A stretch of DNA of 64,000 nucleotides, taken from positions 30,585,967-30,649,966 of the forward strand of contig CM120640.1 of the NCBI GenBank assembly GCA_051362555.1. Reading direction: 5' to 3'. The notes beneath the pieces are model-generated. The model saw only the letters and a program-made list of their open reading frames with translations. It was not told where the DNA came from and ran no database searches. Numbering within the stretch: position 1 is the first letter of the stretch; the number at the start of each line of letters is the position of its first letter. This DNA is from Lingula anatina (Eukaryota > Animalia > Brachiopoda). Made by a program: the position numbers and the translations under genes. Positions 55,239 to 64,000 of this stretch are shown here, piece by piece.

Positions 55239-56360
55239 ATTTCTTTGTTCAAATAGACCGCGTCAATACTCAAGAGTGCACAGTGTCATACAGTGAAAAC
55301 GATGTCATGCTCAGTATGTACATTGTGGATGTACCGGCAAAGAAGGCAGATGTTGTTATAAATCACTGGCCAGACATTTAGAACAAAATTATTTAATCGA
55401 AGATTGGGTAAAATATCAATTGCTAATACATTGACTGGTCGAGCAATGATTCGTATAGTTAACCATGAATAACACAAATTTAAAAATAAGCTACGATTTA
55501 ATACCTCTTGTCTTTCTTTAAACGATAACAACCCTTCGAATGAGACCCATACTTCACAATAAATACACTGTAACCAACTTACAGAAATATAATAAATTCT
55601 TTTAATCACCAAACGGCAGCTATCACAATTATTCTGGAATCTTTGTTTGCCATCGTACCACATGACCTACATAGATGGCTACCCGCTGTAATAATTTCTT
55701 AAGGGATTACTTCAAAATAACCAAACTTTTTATAAAATAACAAAATAAATAAATAATAATAATAATAATAACAACAGAGACTAACTGTGAATGTCGAAAC
55801 GGATTCATTAACCATTGGTAAGTACGGGAAAATTGTCATTTACCCCAGGAAAAGCTACCCCCTACAAGGGCGGTAGATATTGTAGGCAGATTTTCCACCA
55901 GCCAGTTTTAGAACATGACCATATTTAACCAGAGACATTATCTGTGAACATCTAGTGAATACTCAATCAGTATACCTGGTAGAAGGTAAGAAATTTTTTT
56001 TTTGCCACTGAACAAGTAAAACATATTGTGATATGTTTATTGTGTTGCCCAACCGTATCCAGGTTTTGAGCTAAATTTGACAACACCGTTGCTTGGAAGG
56101 GATGGGGGAGGCCGGACGGATGGTCTAAAAAGATATTAAAACATGTTGAAAATTTTCTGAATTTGATTTTGTTGTCGTTGGACCTACGTGGATTTGATTG
56201 ACTCTGCAGCTAAAATGCTAAAATGAAAACAAGCAAATTATTTTTCACCTTGCCTGGGGGGGGGCACAGGGGGGGGCACAGGGGTCTTTGGAAAATATAA
56301 ACTTACTAATTGAGAATTTTTCCCACTTACCATATCATTATCATTCGAATAAAATAAAGT

Positions 56361-56595
56361 CATAGGCGTAGGAGGAGAGGGGCTTGATGGACCCCCCCCC
56401 CTCACTTTTTAACCACTCATTCAAAGGCTTAAGTACAGTTAAAGGGAAGTTCATTTTCTGGTTCTTTTAACCACCAGTTTCACGCACAAATAAAATCAAT
56501 GTATTAGCACAGCTGCTTTTATCAGAAGCTGAGACACCAGTCAAGCGAATCCTTACTACATTAACATAATTTGCTGTTGCCCCCCCTCCACCTTT

Positions 56596-56634
<39 letters not shown>

Positions 56635-56966
56635 TATCTAAAGAAAATTTTATCGCAACTCGCAATGTTATCGCCAAATACCAGTATATCAATGAGCCAC
56701 TGTCGTGTAGTCTACGGTATTTGCCGGTCGATGCAGGTCGATCAAAGAAAGAAAATCCCAAATAGTGTTTTACAAATAATAATAATAATAATAATAATAA
56801 TGTTAAAGATTAATCAGTGAAGGCCTTGGGGAGCCGGACCAGGCTGGAAATAGTGCTGCAATCACTGCCTTCACTAAGACTGCTGAGGAATCGCATTAGA
56901 TATATGCTACCCCCCCCCCCCCCCCCCGGTCCCGTTTCGCCCCACATCCCGGCTCCTACGCCTGTG
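56361..56966. mobile_element. ~606-bp MITE-like element
   Basis: TIR cataggcgtaggag / ctcctacgcctgtg (13/14 match), C-run subtermini, internal (ATTT)n and (AAT)n. No clear TSD. Confidence 0.65.
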
Positions 56967-57882
56967 TATCAAAACTATCGTTGGCTGGTTCGTCTTCTGC
57001 CGGGAGTTGAACAGTTAACGTGGTCAACAAATTTTTAGGGAGAGACAGATGACATAGAGAGGTGTCGTGGTGTCTGCAAAGTGCTACACGGTGAAACTGG
57101 AAATGTGGGTTATTTGTACACTTTTCTGAAAGATTTAAATAGATTCCGAGTACAGCAGCTCTACGCTGTCTTTATATTTTTCTATTAAACTATTACTTCT
57201 CTCTCGTCGGTCTCCCCCTAAACTGTTCCATTCCAGAAAAAATCAATAATGCTATGGGAGAATTGTACAGGCAATTGACCTACATTCTCCACTGCAGTTA
57301 TTGGCGCTAGTTTAACGTTATGAAACCTGATTCACGCCTGTGATGTGAAGGTTTACAATTTATATAAATGAATTAAGTAACAGGGTATGTTGATCAAATG
57401 ATTGGAATTTATGACTGTAATGGGACATTGTTATTTACAAAAATTAAAGAAAATCTGTATACAACTCAAAAACAGAAAAAAAGCATTTTCCTCTTATATG
57501 CAAATTACATTGCCTGTAGTAATATAAGGCTGTCCGGAAGTGATGCTCACATTAGAGATTTCAAATAGTTGTGATCTTGATCACCTAAGCTACCTTAAAT
57601 TTTATTATTTGATGAAAATAATATAGATTTGAATCTACCAAATGTAATTTCGTCCGAGAAATAAAACAATTTTCTTCTTATTATAAATCATTGCTCGAAC
57701 CGTCCTTCGGATGAATTTTATAACAGCTGGAAGGCTGAGTCTGAGTAGGGTTTTTGGACGAGAGCCCCGGTACATGCCTGTAACTACGTATACGTGATAC
57801 CACATCTTAGATATTAATTATCAACTCAATTCCGCATTTGTATAGAATGATCTTGTACTCGGATCAAAAATACCAAGAGAAG

Positions 57883-57930
57883 CCCTTACGAAAAAGTCTT
57901 ATAGGATCCTATAGGACTTTTTCGTTAGGG
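57883..57930. mobile_element. 48-bp palindromic mini-element with 2-bp TSD (CCC...GGG ends, CMC/EnSpm-like)
   Basis: cccttacgaaaaagtcttatagga|tcctataggactttttcgttaggg: arms match 22/24 with no loop, and ag flanks both sides. Confidence 0.7.
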
Positions 57931-58266
57931 AGTGCATAAAAATTCATCGATATTCTTTAGAAAAATAAAATAAGAAAATTAGGAAAATAAAACGGGAAAA
58001 AACGCCCGAAATACCAGGAAAGTATTTTCAAGAAAAGAAAGAATCAACTAAAATTGAACTTTGGGGATCGATCCACCTCCCTAATTGGTAAACCCGTTAC
58101 AGTGGAAATTTTAAGGTAGAGCTAGTAAATGTTTTAGATTTTTTTAAATGAGAAAAATCAGCAAAGAATGAATAGAAAAACATGACAAATAATTTTAAAA
58201 ATAATGCAGAAATTCTGATGTAGTTTGATTATTTGGTAAATGGAAAGACGTGTAGCAAGTGAAAGT

Positions 58267-58760
58267 GGCTACGTACCTATACTCCCCCGCACCGATACTC
58301 CCCCACTTCTTTACATCCCCGCACCGATACTCCCCCGCTTCTTTACATCCCCGCACCGATAATCCCTCGTACCGATACTCCCCCGCTTCTTTACATCCCC
58401 CCACCGATACTCCCCCGCACTGATACTCCCGCGTACCGGATACTCCGCAAAAACACTACTCCCCCAAGACATAGATTCCCTTGGCTTTGTAAACCCCATT
58501 CGTTATTTACAACACTTTCTATAATGCTTTTTTTTTCAAGATGCACCACCCTCTTGGGACCCAGAATTGACTAATTTAATTCAAAATATATTGGGAAAAA
58601 TAAAGAACGTTACACGAAGTCAATCTCAGACTTAGTGTGCAGCTTGACAGTACGTAGGTCAACAGCTTCCTTGTGATTTTTGAGAAATGTTTTTGCAAAA
58701 TTAATTTCGTTCTCCTACTGTACTCAGTAGTTACTGTATATATATTGTACGGCCTTTCAT

Positions 58761-58795
<35 letters not shown>

Positions 58796-59600
58796 TTAAC
58801 TTAAGGCAAAGTTAGTTTTAATCTAAGATAACGCAGCTATGTCTTTTTTTTTTTCAGGCAACGATGAATTCGTAAAATTATTAAGTAATAAAAAAGAAGT
58901 GCTAAAGCGCTTCGTTTTCTGTCTTTTTCCTCCAACCTTCTTTTCTGCTCTTTAAGCTTCTTTCCCTTGTCTTTTGAATCTGAATTAGATTAGAATCTGA
59001 ATTGAGCAAAATTCAAAAATTTTGAAAATTGTTGCACAACGAAATTGTCGAGACACGAGCATGCGTCGTGAGCACGCCTTTTATACTCGCAGTCCCGTCG
59101 TGTTTTCGATTTTGTTCGTTATAGATGTGAGGGCGTGCGCCGTACTCAACACGCAAAGGGCTCTTTCTCCTTCATTTCTTGCGGCGTGCATCTTGGACCA
59201 GGCAAGTCTCACTTGCAAACCAATCGCAAACTCCTTAGAAAGGGAGCAAATTACGCTTGCGGCCTCGCTGTTCGCAGATTATTCGTAGAATCTATTGGAA
59301 ATGTTCAATATCCTCCGTACGTGCTTACATACGTGCGAACTCGAGATTTCGCATAAAGGACTTGCGTGGTACATGAGATTCTGCGCAAAATTTGGATTTA
59401 AACGGGTCGTAGATTTTGATCCACTTACCTAGACTGACCCTAACCTGTATATTTAATGGAGGGTTGACTCTGTTACAGGGGGTTTATCGATGCGGGGATC
59501 TATCGGTGTGGGGTCGTATCGATGTGCATAATGCAAAAATTTACTAAGGGGGAGTATCGGTGCGGGGGAGTAACGGTGCGGGGGAATATCGTCATGACCC
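58267..59600. mobile_element. Foldback/Mutator-like non-autonomous element with tandem-repeat inverted termini
   Basis: The left arm has tandem ccgatactcccccgca / ...cttctttacatccccgca repeats (58278-58465). The right arm has the reverse complement gggggagtatcggtgcgggggagt (59548-59571) and ends ...catgaccc. The candidate 9-bp TSD matches only 5/9. Confidence 0.65.
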
Positions 59601-59639
59601 CGTGACGGCTTGGGGGGTCATTTAAAGGTACTGCAGCCG

Positions 59640-60854
59640 GGGTCCGCCATATAGATAAACGTCCGAATAAAATATTAGTCCCGATAGATACGCCTCTATA
59701 CATACGCGTCTCAACAGATTTACGTCTCGTTAAATTTACGTTCTGATACAATGTAGATCCACCAACAGATTCCTATAAGCCCACGTATCTTTAGATCCAG
59801 GTACTGCTAGATCCATCTATCTGACATCGTACAATCGGCTAAAATGCCGATATCAACTTGAGATACAAGTATGAGGCTTTCGAGTGATAGTCTGACTGCG
59901 AGTACCGACCCACTTAGTGATCTGACTTAATTACAACCTGATATTTATTACCTTCAGGTATGGTAAGCTCTAAAAAGGCGCAAATACCCTTTGAAAACGA
60001 ATTTCACCCGGGTAAACTGCATTTTTCCTGGACTTAATTTTACCAGTCCATTTTTGTTCTAAATCATCAATCCAAACTATCCAAGAGCACTTTTACAATT
60101 AGTTTGAGCTTCTTACGATGTCTTAAGATACTATGATCAGAATTCAAATTCTCCCAGGCCCGTAGCCAGCAAATTCAAAAGGGGGATCTTTTTCTGAAAA
60201 AGTGGACCTTTTACAATGAAATTTATGTGTACCTAGATAAAACTTTTCCCAAAATGGACCTTTTCCTGACAAAAGGGGCGTTTCTTTCGAACCTCCTGAA
60301 ACCCTGCCCCCCGGCTACGGGCCTGATCTCCGAACCTACACATTACTTAAATTATGGCCGCAGCCAATAATTTGCCAATAATTTGCTCGTGTATCTTCCC
60401 CTGGCTTTCGCTACCCTTGCTCGCACAGCCTCCCCCCCCCCCCCCCCCCCCCCCCGTCAAAAAAAAAAAAAAAAAAAAATCCGATAGCAGTGTTGCATTA
60501 CTCTTAGTGATGAGGATGAATTAACGGGAGTGTAAACTTGGCATATAAATAAAAATTATGAGCATTTACGAGAACAAACTTTTTTGAGCAATAGTGTACC
60601 TGTAATAGATCTATCGGTATTTGGACCTAAAAATACGTGGATCTATAGGTATGCGGATTTATAGTACGTGGGTTTATGTGGACGTCGTAACCATAGGAAC
60701 GCAAATATATAGGGCGGTGGTAAAAAATCGGATCTATCGGTATTAAAATCTAAAAAGATATTTTTTTCAGTTTTTCCTTTATCTATCTATCGGTAACGGG
60801 AGTATAGGGACGAATAATATTTTGGGGCTAAATTTTATCCGTACGTACGTACCC
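59640..60854. mobile_element. Mutator-like (MULE) non-autonomous element with 9-bp TSD
   Basis: Direct repeat ctgcagccg at 59631-59639 and 60855-60863; termini gggt...accc. Imperfect TIRs share gataaa, aaaatatta and ccgatagat, and there are inverted subterminal tagatcc / ggatcta repeats. Confidence 0.75.
60155..60325. mobile_element. 171-bp hAT-like MITE nested in the MULE-like element
   Basis: Perfect 13-bp TIR caggcccgtagcc / ggctacgggcctg; flanks ttctcc / atctcc (5/6). Confidence 0.8.
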
Positions 60855-61284
60855 CTGCAGCCGAATTTGAAAAACTAGTAAAGATTTATTGTTGTCTGTT
60901 ATCATCAAATATACTATTTAATTATACAGAATATCTTTCTGCAAAGCACTCCATAAAAGAAAGCATAATCCATTAACTTGGGGGTAATCAAAATATATAA
61001 ATTTGTATATTTTTAATTGGAAAATCTTCTTATTGATATTATTCCATTTAAAAAAAATATTGAGGGATTTTTTTAAATAAAAACTAGAGGATCAGAGAGG
61101 CGATACCGCCTCCGAATATTGTACCACCAGCTGGAGCAAGCGCATTCGTATAGACCCCCACATACACAAAATAAGGGACACAGCCACCAGTCTTTTGCTT
61201 GACAAGCTGTAAAAATGCAATCAACAAGAATTTTCAAAATATGCAAAAATATATATATATAACTTAAAATGGTACAATCAAAGT

Positions 61285-61980
61285 TAAGTTCATCAAAAGG
61301 TAGGTCAAAGGTTAATTTCACAGTAAGATTGCCAGTATATGACTTCCTATTCAAGTTCAATAGTAACTATGGACCTATCTCTGCCAGGTTAGGAGTTAAA
61401 AGAGAAAGAAATTAGCAGAGTTCAGTTCATGGTGAAAAGTAGGTCAAAGGTCAATTTCAAGGTCACATTTAGATTGCCAGTGTATGACTTCCTATTCTAG
61501 TTCAATAGTAACTATGGACCTATCTCTGCCAGTTTTGGATATGAAAGGGAAGCAAAATTTTCAAAGTTCAGTTCATGGTGAAAAGTAGATCAAAGGTCAA
61601 TTTTAAGGTCACATTAAGATTGCCAGTGTATGGCTTCCTATTCAACTTCAATAGTAACTATGGACCTATCTCTGCCAGTTTTGGAGATAAAAGGGAAGCA
61701 AAATTTGCAAAGTTCAGTTCATGGTGAAAAGTAAGTCAAAGGGCAATTTCAAGGTCACATTTAGATTGCCAGTATATGACTTCCTATTCAACTTCAATAG
61801 TAACTATGGACCTCACCTTCATGGTGAAAAGTAGGTCAAAGGTCAATTTCAAGGTCACATTTAGATTGCCAGTATATGATTTCCTATTCAAGTCCAATAG
61901 TAACTATGGACCTATCTCTGCCAGTTTTGGATATTAAAGGGAAGCAAAATATGCAAAGTTTAGTTCATGGTGAAAAGTAG
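61285..61980. repeat. ~146-bp tandem core repeat of the HINE (about 4.7 copies, one internally deleted)
   Basis: gacttcctat-type motif at 61341, 61486, 61632, 61778 and 61878; aggtcaaaggtca motifs. Confidence 0.93.
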
Positions 61981-62186
61981 TCAGGCGGCTCAGTCCAAAT
62001 TTTATCCAGAATTGTGCAAAAGATGATAACAGCATGAAATTTTCCACGATGAATGACCATTGGGTGTTTGTCAACCCCCTGATCCAAAATAGATGAACAC
62101 CCAATGGTTATTCATCGGGGAAAGTTTCATGCTTCTTTCATCTATTGCACAATTCGGGAAAAAATTTGGACTGAGCCACCTGACTA
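61978..62186. mobile_element. 209-bp fully palindromic MITE (TAG...CTA ends, Academ-like) within the HINE
   Basis: tagtcaggcggctcagtccaaat...atttggactgagccacctgacta; the arms pair over ~95 bp around a ~20-bp centre. No TSD seen; the family is inferred from the termini only. Confidence 0.7.
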
Positions 62187-64000
62187 TACCGTACTGCACA
62201 TTTTGCTTTCACCACCAATATGTACCTTTTGATAGCGTAACTCGAAAACCGTTTGGAATACAAAAAACGGAGACCACCTTCAGTGTTGGGCTTTACATGC
62301 TCTACAAAATGCAAAAAAGAATGGGTCTCTAGCATTAACGGTTCCCGAATTAGAGACAGTTTTCAGTTTCGGCATCTTATGGCCGTTACTCCAGTGAAAA
62401 TGCACCGATTGACCCCAAATTCACGGCGATGAAAGATGACCTGAAGGGTAACACTTTCCAATAATATTATTGGTTAAGTCTGTGTGGTGTCTGAATAACA
62501 GGGCAAAAAAAATTTTTTTCATAAAAAATATTATTTTTTTGAAAATTTTGGCCCGTTTGACCTTGAAGTAAAGGTCAAAGGTCAAATCCAATGGCATATT
62601 TGAAATCTACACATATGACTTTTGGAAAGCCGTCTGTAGATATTTTTCCCATAACCCCTTCCGTAGGGTAGATAATTAGCATTTAATTTTGCCATTTTTA
62701 GACAAGGGTGCATTGCAATGAGTGCCACACCCAGACCCCAATACCGGCAAAGCCCAAATTTTACGTGGAACGAGCTGAGATTATAGGTGACCTAAATCCA
62801 AGAGATGGGTACGGGGGCCCTTACCGTCTAGGAGGAGAAGTGGTAACGGTAGCCGTCCGGCGGAGCCGGCAGAACGATCCGGACGAGACCGAAACCATGT
62901 GTACCGCCAGCGCTAACGCTGGTGGTACAATTAAAGTGAAAGGAAAAAGATTAGAGGGAGAAAAAGAGCAACAATTGAACATCCACATTTTCCCCCAAAG
63001 CACCCTTTATTTCAGTAAAATAAGGGAGAACATATATAATAATGGCATGCACACACTCAGAAACAAAAAATACTTTTTGACAAGCATCTAAAAGTCAAAA
63101 TTAATATATCTCATACTTAAAGAACAATACACTAACACTAACAGAACAAATAAAATTTCTAGTACAGCAATATGGTATCAACAGGCCTCTATTCAAACAA
63201 ATAAAAAATACATCAATAGAACAATTTTAATATCCAATTTGCTCCATTTTGAAATTATAAACATAGTGAAGGATTGAATTTGACAAACTGCACTGATATA
63301 ATTTTATTTTCCAATTTTGACTCTTTATTTCACAAGACATGATAACAGATTTACCATCATTTTTATATAATCAACCAACAAAATTGTTAAAATGCAGAAT
63401 TTGTCAAAAGAACACATTTATCAAATATGTTCAATAATGAGACGTTTATGTCTAAGAATTGAACCTGAGGAAAAAACACTTATACAAAAAAAAAAATAAT
63501 AATAAAAAAAAATAATGTTGTAAAAATTATAAAAATAAAGCTGATTTTCAAACTCAGTAAGTTTGTAAGTTTTGTAAATTTGGAATCATATCAACTCCAC
63601 TTGCTACACTGACTGAGCTGTATCATTTCCCCTCACATTTTAAAGTAATTAATATATTCTTTATGTGGTATATGGACTGTGATCTCTGATGACTGGTTGT
63701 CTGCTACCCCATTGGGATGAGTGGGTCACTGGGGCTGGCCATGCCCTGTTTTAGGTTAAGCGTGTTTTTTGGTTTGTTGTAGTCTTCAAAAAAGACAAGA
63801 ACTTTAGACTAATGAATAAAAAAAGAAAATTTCCAGTTATTGAAGCTATTTACTCCATTCTGTGCCACAGAGCTGTCATATGCTAAGTCTGGCATGCTGA
63901 TGGCCACAACCTTTTCTCCATGGAAAGCCAGTTCCTGCAGGTGCCCCAGTCTGAATTCACTCCTCCCCATTCAAATGCAGCTAGGGCCTTGCCCATACTG

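Larger units (their letters stand above)
61083..62932 (-). mobile_element. Helentron-associated non-autonomous element (HINE/DINE-1-like)
   Basis: Perfect 14-bp subterminal inverted repeats attgtaccaccagc (61118-61131) / gctggtggtacaat (62918-62931). There is a 5' hairpin at 62900-62929 and a 3' stem-loop gaggcg-atac-cgcctc (61097-61112) followed on the minus strand by CTAGT and a T-run. Internal tandem core repeats are present. Confidence 0.88.

Noticed and set aside
54860-55381. 173-aa ORF
   Set aside because: Overlaps a MITE and low-complexity T/TAT/C runs; the composition is not protein-like.
61990-62042. Similarity of the palindromic MITE arm (agtccaaattttatccagaattgtgcaaaagatgataacagc) to the 193-bp monomer
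   Set aside because: Short, gapped match in AT-rich sequence that could be chance; it needs a statistical alignment.
62708-63091. 127-aa ORF
   Set aside because: Starts at a non-ATG codon, spans the HINE terminus into flank and has no domain.
63000-64000. Possible 3' end of a minus-strand gene (short open frame at the window edge, AATAAA near 63006)
   Set aside because: The open frame is under 40 codons with no recognisable product; it cannot be supported without the next window.

Overview
This is AT-rich eukaryotic (animal, probably marine invertebrate; inference from the repeat types) genomic DNA with no recognisable intact protein-coding gene. Positions 1-48753 are a complex tandem array of about 195 copies of a ~193-bp satellite monomer. 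It is punctuated every 3-17 monomers by a ~370-425-bp non-satellite 'spacer' (30 copies, two sequence types). The last spacer copy runs on into unique DNA, so the spacer is captured flank that was co-amplified with the satellite through an ACTGAA microhomology junction. On the minus strand each spacer carries an acceptor-exon-donor cassette. Plausible upstream exons and a TATA/Inr-like element lie in the unique flank (48.7-51 kb), which suggests a transcript entering the array with ~29 repeated exons and satellite-filled introns; this is a hypothesis. Positions 49-64 kb are a transposon graveyard: a CR1/L2-type RT fragment, hAT-like, CMC/EnSpm-like and Mutator/Foldback-like non-autonomous elements, a structurally complete Helentron-type (HINE/DINE-1-like) element with 146-bp core repeats and a nested palindromic MITE, and microsatellites. 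Counts and boundaries were read by eye and are approximate.
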